Made by a program: the position numbers and the translations under genes
The notes under the pieces: generated by a model
The model's database searches: none
What the model saw: only the letters and a program-made list of their open reading frames with translations
Told to the model about the DNA's origin: nothing
Shown here: piece by piece, positions 34,389 through 43,584 of the stretch
How the letters are laid out: every line of letters starts with the position of its first letter
Position numbering within the stretch: position 1 is the first letter of the stretch
Source: a virus
Lineage: Duplodnaviria > Caudoviricetes
IMG/VR virus record: IMGVR_UViG_3300014968_000002
Span: 673 to 64,672 of that record
Length of the DNA: 64,000 nt
Strand: one strand, 5' to 3'

Positions 34389-36530
34389 CTACGGATTTAC
34401 CCGGCGGCCACCCAGTTTCTGCATGATCTTCACAGCAGTTGCAGCTTCGTCGATCTTGCCCATGTTATCCATCACGGGTTCGATGCCGGCTGCGATCTGC
34501 GCTGCCTTCTCCATGGCAGGGTCGGCATTGGTGCGGCTGCCATCCTGCTCCTTGGTCACTCCGGTCGGAACCACGCGCGCATGGATACGCGCGGGCATCG
34601 GCTGCTTCTCCACCTTGGCAAGGCGTGCCTGCAAGTCGCCGACGGTCTTGCGCAGCGTGGTGACTTCATCGCCGTCGGCCGGCGCTGCCTTCTGCAAAGT
34701 GGCCTGCTGCGAGAACAACTTCGAGAGCATGTTTGCTCCCTCGTCGGTCAAGCCGGGAATGACCATCTTGAGAGTGGCAACATCGGGCGAAGGATTGGCC
34801 GCGCCATTGGCTGCCGTCACCGTGATATCGCCGCCGGCGGCAGGAGAGCCGTTGCAGACAGCGCCCTTGGTGAGGGTGCGGTCATGCAGCTTCTGCATGT
34901 GGCTCGTTCCCATTGCTTTCATGAGCGGCTCGGCGCGCTTAGCCAGACCGGCCAGTGCTTGCGACATTGCCATGGCTGGCGCGACCGAGACCTCGTCGCC
35001 GTCGACTTCCTCCTTGATTTCCTCGTCGACCATGTCCTTCAGCGCTTCGCCCAGCTCGGCAATGAGGGCGTAGATGCGGTTGCACAGGTCGGAGCCGTCG
35101 CCTTCCATGGCCGCTTCCATTTCGCAGGCCTCGGCGATCTGGCAAAGCGAATTAATGGCATAGGCGAAGGAGGCGCAGGTGACGAGACCCTTGCGCAGGA
35201 AAGTATGCTCCAATGCTGCCGCGGCTTGCGCGTCGGTCTCCTCCGTGCCGGCAGTTGCATCGGCCTTGGCAAGCTTGGCCAGCGCAAGCGATACAGCTCC
35301 CCGCCGCTCTTCCATCGCCTTGCCGAACATGCCTTCCAGCTTGGCGGCATCGTCCTTGCTGATGCCCATCCGGTCAGCCGCCGCATGGATGGCCGCGCCG
35401 ATTTTCTCCTGCTCCTCGGCGCTGTAGCTGGAGCGGGACTTCTTCATGCCCCAGAACTTCAGCGCAGCCTGCACCTGCTCGCGCGTGTCGACCGGCCAGC
35501 GGCGGTTTGCGGGATCTGCAAAGGTGGCGCTGCCGTAGCCCTTGGCCAGCTTCTCGACCAGCTTGGTAGCATCGACCTTGGTCAGCTCGGCGCGTGCCTT
35601 CTCCAACCAGGGCTTGCGCTTCTCGTCATCGAGCTTGGCGAAGTCGGCCAGGCCGATCTTCTCCTCGTCGAAAGCCATCTGCGCCGCCTTGGCAAAGGTG
35701 TCGGCATCGGAGACCTCGATCACTTCTTCCTTTTCAGGAGGAGCGGCGCGCTTGCCGAGCAGTTCAGTTGCCTGAGCGATGGTGAGGCCTTGATCTGCCA
35801 GCGTCTTGGCGAATGCGCCCAGCTCCTCGGGCGTGCCTTGCACGTTGTAGACGAACTCAACCTCGGCAGTGTCGTCCTCGATCTTGTGGAGCAGGAATGC
35901 CTGGCCCTCGTGCTCGAATTCCTCGCCGACTTGCGGCAGCTTGGCGGACTTGACCATGATGCCGGTATCCTTGCCGCCTGCCATCAGCTTGACATCGAAG
36001 CCGGTGAATTCGCGGTTCTCCGTTGTGCCGTCTGCTTTGTGCACCTCGAAGAAGTTGGATGTCGGGCCGCAAGGCCGGTCGACCAGCGAGATTTCCGAAG
36101 GCTCTCCGGTATAGCGAGGGTTGCCTTCGCCGTCGGTCCACTTCTTGGCGTAGCGGCCGCCAATGGAGAAGCCGGTGTAGGTGCCGCTTTCCACCTTGGC
36201 CCATTCCTGGTCGTCGGTGACATGCGTGCAGATGTCGATTGCGCGCTCAGCATCATTGAAGACGATGCCTTCATCCGGCGTCAAGATGCCGGCAGCAATG
36301 TCCTTGTGCATGGCGCGCACGTTGCCCGCGCTTTTGCCGAGCGATGCCTGGCGCTGCGACTCGGACCATTTTTGGAAGAGCGGCTTCGACGTCTCGTAGT
36401 CGAAGATTTCGCCGGAGCGGTCCTTCACTTCCTGCGCCGCGCGGCCATACACAAGCCGCTTGGATTCGTCGATCTTGGTCAGCCGCGCAAATGCAATGCG
36501 GTCGACCTTCTGGGTTGCTGCTTGCGTCAT
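34389..36530 (-). CDS. Prohead protease (XkdF-like serine protease) fused to scaffold
   Basis: KIDE.KRLVYG.A..E..DRSGE, VRAMH, GTYTGFSIGG, ISLVDRP; internal FADP.N.RWPVDT...AA domain; coiled-coil C-terminus. Confidence 0.82.
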   Translation of the reverse strand: MTQAATQKVDRIAFARLTKIDESKRLVYGRAAQEVKDRSGEIFDYETSKPLFQKWSESQRQASLGKSAGNVRAMHKDIAAGILTPDEGIVFNDAERAIDICTHVTDDQEWAKVESGTYTGFSIGGRYAKKWTDGEGNPRYTGEPSEISLVDRPCGPTSNFFEVHKADGTTENREFTGFDVKLMAGGKDTGIMVKSAKLPQVGEEFEHEGQAFLLHKIEDDTAEVEFVYNVQGTPEELGAFAKTLADQGLTIAQATELLGKRAAPPEKEEVIEVSDADTFAKAAQMAFDEEKIGLADFAKLDDEKRKPWLEKARAELTKVDATKLVEKLAKGYGSATFADPANRRWPVDTREQVQAALKFWGMKKSRSSYSAEEQEKIGAAIHAAADRMGISKDDAAKLEGMFGKAMEERRGAVSLALAKLAKADATAGTEETDAQAAAALEHTFLRKGLVTCASFAYAINSLCQIAEACEMEAAMEGDGSDLCNRIYALIAELGEALKDMVDEEIKEEVDGDEVSVAPAMAMSQALAGLAKRAEPLMKAMGTSHMQKLHDRTLTKGAVCNGSPAAGGDITVTAANGAANPSPDVATLKMVIPGLTDEGANMLSKLFSQQATLQKAAPADGDEVTTLRKTVGDLQARLAKVEKQPMPARIHARVVPTGVTKEQDGSRTNADPAMEKAAQIAAGIEPVMDNMGKIDEAATAVKIMQKLGGRRVNP

Positions 36531-36781
36531 TATTTGCCTCCGTTGGTTTTCGGCGTGACAGCCTTCAGTCGCGCGCCGTCACGCCTGTCCGGCACGCCCA
36601 TCCACTCGTCGTCTAAAATCAATCCCTGCTCCTCTGCAAATTTGTACACAGGCAAGGTGCGAAAGTGATCGAGGTCAGGAAACATCTCCAAGAACTCGGT
36701 CGATTTATATGCGGGCAAGTCCCATGTCCTTTTGAGCCAGTCCTGGTTCTCGGGCTTGTCATCGATGCGGATAGTCCTCAT
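36530..36781 (-). CDS. Small hypothetical protein downstream of ART domain
   Basis: ATGA overlap with ART protein stop; TAATG coupling to protease. Confidence 0.7.
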   Translation of the reverse strand: MRTIRIDDKPENQDWLKRTWDLPAYKSTEFLEMFPDLDHFRTLPVYKFAEEQGLILDDEWMGVPDRRDGARLKAVTPKTNGGK

Positions 36782-39198
36782 GACACTCCCTTTCCGTTGA
36801 AGTAGCTCTTGACGCTGCCGGCCATTTCCTTTATTCCAGATGCGTCCTTGTAGCCGATGCGGACGGCGCGGAAGTTCTTGCCGCCTAGCAGCACTACCTC
36901 GAATTCATTCGAGCAGCCATAGCCTGTGCGATAGCTTCCAAGAACCTGCGTCGCCGGAACCTTGACAGCAAAAACGCTATGGCCGCCTGAGAAGCTGTGA
37001 GCAGTGCCATAGTTGTGCGAGAAAGAAGAAGCCGGCTGCATATTAAGACCGACCTCTTCGACTCCTGAGCCGTACATCTCTTTCATGCCGCGCACCAGCG
37101 CAACCTCTTTCAGCCCTGCATCCGCCAGGAATTTCTGAGTCACGTCGTACTGGGCGCGCTGGAAAGCCATTGCCCCGGCGCGAAACTCAGGCCCGGATAC
37201 TCCGTACTCCTTGCCTGCTGCCGCATAGATGCCAGACTCACCCAGCGAGTTAAGCTGCTGCGAAGCACGATTGAAGTTCACGCTGTCTTTATCCAGATTG
37301 AATTCGTCGCGCGCTGCAAGCTGCATGGCAATGGCCACGTTGTCGTGGTCATTCGACGTGCCGGCCCACTTGGCTACAAGTGCGCGCTCTGCGCTTGTCT
37401 TGTTGCCCTGCGCTTTTAAGCCGTTGCGCAGCTTCTGAAATGCTGCATTGCCATTGAGCTGTGCCTTGAGCTGTGACTCGACGGTTTTCTTGTTGGTAAC
37501 CGCGTCATCAGATTGCTTCTTGAAAGCCTGGCCGGTAGCAGTGAACAAAGTCTCGAAGTCGCTCTTTCCATCGCCGCTGAAATCCTTTGCTGAAATCTGG
37601 TTGGCTTCGGTCAGCGGCGGCAATGCCTCGCCCTTGGTGGTAGGCACTGGCTCTTCTTTGGCTGCAGGCTTGGCTGCCTCTACCTCAGGCTTCTTGCCGA
37701 GCGTGCCCATCTTCTCGGCTGCAGTGTCGTTCTTCCACTGCATCATTGCCTTATCCATTGGCATGCCCTCGGCAACGTTCTTTCCAAGGAGCTTGTCGGC
37801 TTCGTAGATATTCTGCGATTGCACCACTTGCGCTTCACCGGTGGTATTCGCTTTCCATTGCGCCAAGGCATCAGCCCGGCCTTCCTTGAATTCTTTCAGC
37901 GCATCAGCAATTTTCTGCTGATCGCCGTTTGCCAGAGAGATATTGTTCTTGAAGTTGAACTCATTGAGCTCTTTTTGACCTTTGTAGATTTCGTCTGCCT
38001 GCGCCTTGGTGGCAGGCGCGCCTTTATATTGGTTCCAAGGCTGCACGGTTTTTGAGCCGAAATTGGAGGCATACTTGATGCCGCCTTCGGTCTTGGTGCC
38101 GGCAGGAACTTCCTCGGCTGCTGCCGGCTTGGCCGCTGCGGCAGGCTCTGCCTTGTCGCCGGCAGGCGCTTTGAAACCAGGCTCAACCAGATAGTTGTCG
38201 CCAATCTTGACAATGGTGAGCGCGCCCTTTGGGCCAGCCCACTTAGGATTCTTCAGCTCGGATAGCGCATTCTTCAGCGCCTTCTCAGGCGGCTTGCCGC
38301 ATGCCTCATGCAGTTCCTGGAAAGTAAATTTGTGGCCAGACGACAGCAGGTCATGCACCTTACCCTTGACGCCTTTCTCGCTGGATGAAGTGGGCTTGGC
38401 ACCTGCAGGCTTTCCGCCTCCGATGCCGCCTGTCCATTGGTTGCCATGGAATTCATGGCCGACTTCATCCTTCTTCAGCTTGGCCTCTTCCTCGGCCAGC
38501 AGCCGCAGGAACCGGTCAGTCAGCTCCTTGTAAGGATCAACCGCTTTGAGCAGCGCTCCGCCTTGCTGTAGCTTGGCGGCAACAGTAGTATTGCCGCTCT
38601 TGAGCCATTGCTTGAACTCCTGCACTGAATAGCGCTTGATCGACGCCAGGCCATTCCAGTCAGGAGTGTAATTGTCCAAATATCCTTTGCGAGCCGCGGC
38701 CTCGGTGTACCATCCGATCATGACCTTATGCTCGTCGAACTTCCCGCTGACATTCTGGTTGATAACCCAGATGGGGCCGGAATAATCGCGAGGCGTGCCG
38801 GTATGCACAAAGCAGTCGACCGCATCGCCGTCTGCACCTTCGGTGCGCTTGATGTAGCCATAGTGCGACTTCATCTCAGGCCACTCAGGCCGGCGCTTTG
38901 AGCCTGCAGGATTCTCTATTGCAATCTCGATGCCTGCCACGCGGATGTGGCCCTTGGCATAGTTGCCTGCGCGGATCCTCGCAGCGCTAGGCAAAGGCTT
39001 GAGGTTGTAAGGCGAGGTGGCTGCCGTCGAGTGCGCGGCATTATCCACCGAGAGCGCCTTGGCAACGGCGGCAGGCATGGCCTTCAGCTTGGCGCGGCGC
39101 ATCTTGCGCGGCATGCGCTGCCCCTCCAAGGAATATCCCGCCAACCCGGTCGTTGCCGAGCCGGGCGATGAGAATTCCTTGGCGAGCAGTCGAGCCAT
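36778..39198 (-). CDS. Polyvalent head-module protein: InPase-like domain plus C-terminal R-S-E ADP-ribosyltransferase-like domain
   Basis: AGNYAKGH...IENPAGS.R...HYGYIKRTEGADGD.VD...DEHKVM; GHEFHGNQWT linker; LVRG...SSFS...NEFEVV. Confidence 0.75.
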   Translation of the reverse strand: MARLLAKEFSSPGSATTGLAGYSLEGQRMPRKMRRAKLKAMPAAVAKALSVDNAAHSTAATSPYNLKPLPSAARIRAGNYAKGHIRVAGIEIAIENPAGSKRRPEWPEMKSHYGYIKRTEGADGDAVDCFVHTGTPRDYSGPIWVINQNVSGKFDEHKVMIGWYTEAAARKGYLDNYTPDWNGLASIKRYSVQEFKQWLKSGNTTVAAKLQQGGALLKAVDPYKELTDRFLRLLAEEEAKLKKDEVGHEFHGNQWTGGIGGGKPAGAKPTSSSEKGVKGKVHDLLSSGHKFTFQELHEACGKPPEKALKNALSELKNPKWAGPKGALTIVKIGDNYLVEPGFKAPAGDKAEPAAAAKPAAAEEVPAGTKTEGGIKYASNFGSKTVQPWNQYKGAPATKAQADEIYKGQKELNEFNFKNNISLANGDQQKIADALKEFKEGRADALAQWKANTTGEAQVVQSQNIYEADKLLGKNVAEGMPMDKAMMQWKNDTAAEKMGTLGKKPEVEAAKPAAKEEPVPTTKGEALPPLTEANQISAKDFSGDGKSDFETLFTATGQAFKKQSDDAVTNKKTVESQLKAQLNGNAAFQKLRNGLKAQGNKTSAERALVAKWAGTSNDHDNVAIAMQLAARDEFNLDKDSVNFNRASQQLNSLGESGIYAAAGKEYGVSGPEFRAGAMAFQRAQYDVTQKFLADAGLKEVALVRGMKEMYGSGVEEVGLNMQPASSFSHNYGTAHSFSGGHSVFAVKVPATQVLGSYRTGYGCSNEFEVVLLGGKNFRAVRIGYKDASGIKEMAGSVKSYFNGKGVS

Positions 39199-39201
39199 GC
39201 T

Positions 39202-39624
39202 TTACCCCTTGCCGCCTTTGCCGCCGCCGCCCGATGCGGGCGCTTCGCTGGTTTCAGCCGGCTGGAATTTGCTTTCCAGTGCGGCTACCCTCTTCTCGAA
39301 TTCGGAAGTAACAGCTTCCAGGCGCGCCGTCATATCCGCCTGGACTTCCTCGCGGATTTTGGCCAGCTCGTCAGTGACCGACTTCTCGAATGCCTCGGCC
39401 TTGCTTTCGACGCCGGAGATGGCTTCGCGCAGCTTGGCCACTGCCTTGTCGCCAATCGCAGAGGCTTCTCCCTCGACCTGCTTCTGCAGTTCTTCCATGT
39501 GCAGCACGAGTCCGCCGAACAGGTCTTTGACCGCTTCAGCATCGCCATGGATTGCGCCGGTGCCATCGTGGTGCGAGAATGCAGCGCGGACCCTTGCAAG
39601 TCCGTCCCTCAGTTGTTGGAACAT
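39202..39624 (-). CDS. Coiled-coil hypothetical protein (scaffold-like)
   Basis: GAAGGA SD; Glu/Ala heptads. Confidence 0.7.
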   Translation of the reverse strand: MFQQLRDGLARVRAAFSHHDGTGAIHGDAEAVKDLFGGLVLHMEELQKQVEGEASAIGDKAVAKLREAISGVESKAEAFEKSVTDELAKIREEVQADMTARLEAVTSEFEKRVAALESKFQPAETSEAPASGGGGKGGKG

Positions 39625-39661
39625 TTCCTTCTTCTCCTGTGGTTGTACTGCGTTGATGAAG

Positions 39662-39892
39662 CTACTGCAAAACGTATCCGTGCAGGCCGGTGGCAGTGGT
39701 GCCCGTCGACCAGACGCGCTTGATGCGTACCGGGTAGATGAAGCCGGCAATGATTCCAATGGTGCTCTTCTTGCCGCGAGCATCGGTCACCGTGATATTG
39801 CCGGCCACATTGCAACTGATTCCCTGCACCCAAGGCGACAGGTCATTGTTATCGTCAGGAGTGATGGAGGTGATGCCGTCATAGGCTTGCAT
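39662..39892 (-). CDS. Small beta-rich virion protein (spike-base/decoration-like)
   Basis: AITP.D..DL-like start, GNITVTD..G, YPVRIKRV.STGTTAT. Confidence 0.7.
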   Translation of the reverse strand: MQAYDGITSITPDDNNDLSPWVQGISCNVAGNITVTDARGKKSTIGIIAGFIYPVRIKRVWSTGTTATGLHGYVLQ

Positions 39893-39894
39893 GG

Positions 39895-40749
39895 TTATTC
39901 CTCTTCTTGGTCAGATTGGTCGGAAGCCTCTTCTTTCAGGAGAGGCTCGATATCGCAACGGCAATTTGGGTGAAGCGGAGGCCCGTCGATCGGGCCGTCA
40001 TCGGTTTCAAAATCTTCATCGAGGTCAACAACAGCGCCGTCCATCTCGTCGCAATCTGAGCAGCAGCCGCCGCCCACGATCCAGCGCTTCTGCGACACAG
40101 CGCCGGTATCACGCCATCCTTGCAGGTTGCCTTGCACATGCGCCTCAGCCAGCTCGGTGCGGGCAATCGTCTCGGCGCGCTGCGGGGAGAAAGCAAACGA
40201 GTCTTCGATCTGGTCAGCGAGGTCGGCGGCAGACTGCCCTTCGCCGACGGATTCGGTGATGAGCGAGCGAAGATCCTCGCGCGTAGTATCGCTGATGCCT
40301 GCGATCTGGTCGGCAGCGCGCTCCTCCGCATACTTGATTGCCAGCTCATCTGCATGCTGCAAGGAATATCCAGATGAGTCGACGCCGACCGAGGCAACTG
40401 CCTGGGCATTGGCTTCGGCATAAACCTTGCGAATGGACGAGCTGATTTCATCCATTATCTCGACTGAGACGCCGTCTGCATCCAAGTCTTCCAGGATTTT
40501 GTCTATCTTCGCCTGGCTGACCTGCGCCTTTAGGACTTCCTTCGCCGAGCGCGCGGCTTTCCGCCCAGCCTTGCGCAGCACGGCAGCTATCAAAGAAGCG
40601 ACGCGCCGCTCGTTCTTCTTCAGCATGCCGTCTACATTGGTGCCCTTCCGCGCGCGTGCTTTTGACATCGCATCGCGTTGTTCCCGCCATGCGGACATAA
40701 CGGTACGAGCGTCGTCCAGGTTCCGAGGCCGGTTCAGATTGAAGATCAT
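39895..40749 (-). CDS. Head morphogenesis protein (SPP1 gp7 / Mu F)
   Basis: RAETIARTELAEA, K.W......C..C..MDG..V, PPLHPNCRC. Confidence 0.92.
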   Translation of the reverse strand: MIFNLNRPRNLDDARTVMSAWREQRDAMSKARARKGTNVDGMLKKNERRVASLIAAVLRKAGRKAARSAKEVLKAQVSQAKIDKILEDLDADGVSVEIMDEISSSIRKVYAEANAQAVASVGVDSSGYSLQHADELAIKYAEERAADQIAGISDTTREDLRSLITESVGEGQSAADLADQIEDSFAFSPQRAETIARTELAEAHVQGNLQGWRDTGAVSQKRWIVGGGCCSDCDEMDGAVVDLDEDFETDDGPIDGPPLHPNCRCDIEPLLKEEASDQSDQEEE

Positions 40750-41702
40750 GCCGCCTCCAGCATGAACATGAAGTCCTGCAGGTCAAGATCGACAACCTCT
40801 GTGGTTGAGTTCATTGTGCCTTGCCCTGATGCCGCGATCTTGGCAATCGGCAGCGCCAGCTCGAATGGGCGGATATGCATTGCGCCAGCCGCTGCCCGTG
40901 CATCAAGGAATACATTTCCGGACATACGCGGCAGGAGCAACTCAACTGGCGCGTACTCGACCGAGATATCAGCAGAGATTGAAGCCTCGGCATCGAGCAC
41001 GCAGATGAAGCCGCGCGCTGGGATGCTGATCGGCCTGCGGCTCTTGCGCTGATCGACGGCAAAGCCGTCCATAAACGCGCCTTGGCCGGCATTCTGCGAG
41101 ATGAGCTGGGCATCGCAGCTATCGGAAGCACCACCATTCTCAGAGCACGAGGTGGCTTGTGAGCCTCCTGCTGCAGTGCTGCTATCAGATGCCGTGCCAG
41201 ATTCGCTTTGAGATACGGACTGCGAACCGGTAGCGCTATTGGTATCTGATGCATTGCCGCTTTCGCTGCCAGTGCTCGCGAATACAGCAGACGACGAATT
41301 AGAATCCGCCGCACTGCCTGACTCGCCATTGGTGCCAGCAAAGGTGGCAACTGCAGAAGAAGAATCCGCAGCGCTGCCCGATTCAGTTGTGGTGCCTGCA
41401 GCGACATTGGTTGTATTGGTGGTATCGGCTGCGCTGACTGCCTCTGCGGTGGAAGCGCTGCTGATCTGCGCCGCTGCGGTCGTCTCTGCCGCGCTGCCTG
41501 CCTCAGCCGTTGCCGCATTGAAGATGGCTGAGGAGCTGGTGGTCTCTGCAGCGCTGCCCGATTCAGCCATGGCAGCATTGAAGACCGCGCTTGCGCTCTG
41601 CGTATCTGCAGCGCTGCCTGCCTCAATAACGGCAACAGCATTCCCAGTCGCGAGTTCGCCCGCGATAGGAGTGCTTGATAGTGGGCCGCGACCGAGTGCC
41701 AT
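40746..41702 (-). CDS. Ser/Ala/Thr-rich repeat protein (fibre-like)
   Basis: About 17-aa repeats with E(S/A)GSA(A/S)D/E core. Confidence 0.75.
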   Translation of the reverse strand: MALGRGPLSSTPIAGELATGNAVAVIEAGSAADTQSASAVFNAAMAESGSAAETTSSSAIFNAATAEAGSAAETTAAAQISSASTAEAVSAADTTNTTNVAAGTTTESGSAADSSSAVATFAGTNGESGSAADSNSSSAVFASTGSESGNASDTNSATGSQSVSQSESGTASDSSTAAGGSQATSCSENGGASDSCDAQLISQNAGQGAFMDGFAVDQRKSRRPISIPARGFICVLDAEASISADISVEYAPVELLLPRMSGNVFLDARAAAGAMHIRPFELALPIAKIAASGQGTMNSTTEVVDLDLQDFMFMLEAA

Positions 41703-41703
41703 A

Positions 41704-42639
41704 TCAGAACGCCGTTATGATGATTAGAGATGGGCCGCCGTCTCCGCCAGCGCCACCGGTTATTCCGCCGCCTCCGCCACCGCCTCCGCAACCAAGCCCA
41801 CCCTTGCCACCCTTGCCTCCTACCCCACCGCTGAAGTAAGACCCGCCACCACCGCCACCCGGAGCGCCGTAAATGGTCGGGCGATAGACCCCAAAGCCTG
41901 GGGTATTAGGAGGCGTAGTGCCTTCGGTTCCGTTGTTGCTGCCCGATGTTCCACCCGTTCCCCCGATGATGTTTTGCGGAATAGTCGGGATCGTATTGCA
42001 TCCGCCGCCAGAGAAACCATTACCGCCGTTGCCTATCGACCCGCCTCCACCACCGCCACTGTTTGCAAAGTTATTGAGGTTTAGAGTTGCGCCGTTGGCA
42101 TTGAAGCCTCCGGCTGTCCCGTTCTGCCCTGCGCCTGCCGTGCTCTGCGTCATGCCAGCCATTGCGCCGCTGTTCATTGAGCCGCTGCTACCGGCTGCCC
42201 CGCCAGCGCTGGCAGTCCCAGCACTGCCAGGACCAGCTGATGATCCCTGGTACACTAGGCTCGCCATAACATTGATGCGGTCCGGTGCCATGCTGACGTA
42301 GGTTGCAGTTGCAAAAGCTCCAGTGCTGCCTGCTGCGCCGCCTGCGCCAGGGATGCCTGGCATCACCCACAACATGTCTGGTATCAAGTATGCCGGGCAT
42401 ATCATTACGAGCGACGCACCAGCCCCTCCGCCTCCGCCTCCTCCTGCCGCACCACTGCTACCAGAGAATCCGCCTCCGCCGCCAGCTCCAGCGCCGATTG
42501 CCAGGATATGAATGAACGTGCAGCCGCGAGGCTTGTACCACGGCAAATAGCCTGCAATAGTCGGGGTGTTATTCCGGCTAGTGTAAACCTGCTGGTCAAT
42601 CGCGCTGTTGACCGGGGGGAGATGGAATAGGTCTAGCAT
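41704..42639 (-). CDS. Gly-rich fibre protein, paralogue 3
   Basis: MLDLFHLP...PWYKPRGCTFIHI..IGAGAGGGGG...GGGGITGGAGGDGGPSLIIITAF. Confidence 0.8.
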   Translation of the reverse strand: MLDLFHLPPVNSAIDQQVYTSRNNTPTIAGYLPWYKPRGCTFIHILAIGAGAGGGGGFSGSSGAAGGGGGGGAGASLVMICPAYLIPDMLWVMPGIPGAGGAAGSTGAFATATYVSMAPDRINVMASLVYQGSSAGPGSAGTASAGGAAGSSGSMNSGAMAGMTQSTAGAGQNGTAGGFNANGATLNLNNFANSGGGGGGSIGNGGNGFSGGGCNTIPTIPQNIIGGTGGTSGSNNGTEGTTPPNTPGFGVYRPTIYGAPGGGGGGSYFSGGVGGKGGKGGLGCGGGGGGGGITGGAGGDGGPSLIIITAF

Positions 42640-42640
42640 C

Positions 42641-43582
42641 TTACCAAGCAGTGATGATGATAAGGCTAGGGCCTCCGTCACCACCTTGGCCTCCGGTTAT
42701 TCCACCGCCTCCACCTCCGCCGCCGCAACCAGTGCCGCCGCGTCCCCCGCGTCCTCCTATGCCAGCGTTGAAGAACGAACCGCCGCCCCCGTTACCTCCT
42801 GAGAACACTAGCCAAGGGCGCTGTCCAGTACCGCCTGACGGCCACACAATCCCATCCGCACCATTCGCGCCATCTGTAGCACTGCCCCCTGCTGCCGCTG
42901 AATACTGCCACAGCCAGTTAGGATTTAGGTTCGTTGCAACACCGCCAGCCAGTCCAGCGCCCACGGAGCCTATTGACCCCCCGCCAGCGCCGCCTTGGCA
43001 TACGTTCTGCCCGATTGAGGTGCTTGCGCCAACTGCATTGAAACCGCCAGCCGCTGGAGCACCCCCTGTGTTCTGCGTCGTTAGCCACGACCCTTCGAGC
43101 ATGGCATTGGTTGACGAATTACCGTTTACGGTTCCGTTGCCGCCTGCTGCGCCACCGACCGAAGCTGTCCCAGCGTTGCCGCCAGTCGGAGTTCCGGTCT
43201 GCGCAATAAGCGCCAAGTTCAGGTTCGTTCCTGGTGCGGCGCTTACATACGAGGCAGTAGGTCCGGTGCCGCCTGAATTGGCTGCGCCCCCCTTGCCAGG
43301 TACTCCAGGCGAAACGTAGAGAACATCGGGCACCTGCATTGCGAGCGCCAGCATTGACCCGCTTGCCCCAGCGCCTCCACCGCCTCCGCCGCCTGCCGCT
43401 GACGCGGAACCAGAGCGACCGCCTCCACCACCGGCGCCAGCGCCATACAGAATAATATGGATAAGCGTAGCGCCGCGCGGCTTGTACCATGGCAAGAAGC
43501 CGCTTCCGCTTGCATCGCGAGAAGTGAACACGGCTTGGTCAAGAAAAGAACCGCGGCTAGGTAGGTCAAATAGATCGAGCAT
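42641..43582 (-). CDS. Gly-rich fibre protein, paralogue 2
   Basis: Same N- and C-terminal motifs as neighbours. Confidence 0.8.
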   Translation of the reverse strand: MLDLFDLPSRGSFLDQAVFTSRDASGSGFLPWYKPRGATLIHIILYGAGAGGGGGRSGSASAAGGGGGGGAGASGSMLALAMQVPDVLYVSPGVPGKGGAANSGGTGPTASYVSAAPGTNLNLALIAQTGTPTGGNAGTASVGGAAGGNGTVNGNSSTNAMLEGSWLTTQNTGGAPAAGGFNAVGASTSIGQNVCQGGAGGGSIGSVGAGLAGGVATNLNPNWLWQYSAAAGGSATDGANGADGIVWPSGGTGQRPWLVFSGGNGGGGSFFNAGIGGRGGRGGTGCGGGGGGGGITGGQGGDGGPSLIIITAW

Positions 43583-43584
43583 GG

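Noticed and set aside
34185-36668. 827-aa plus-strand ORF
   Set aside because: Exact antisense shadow of the prohead protease gene caused by strong GC3 bias; no SD or protein motifs
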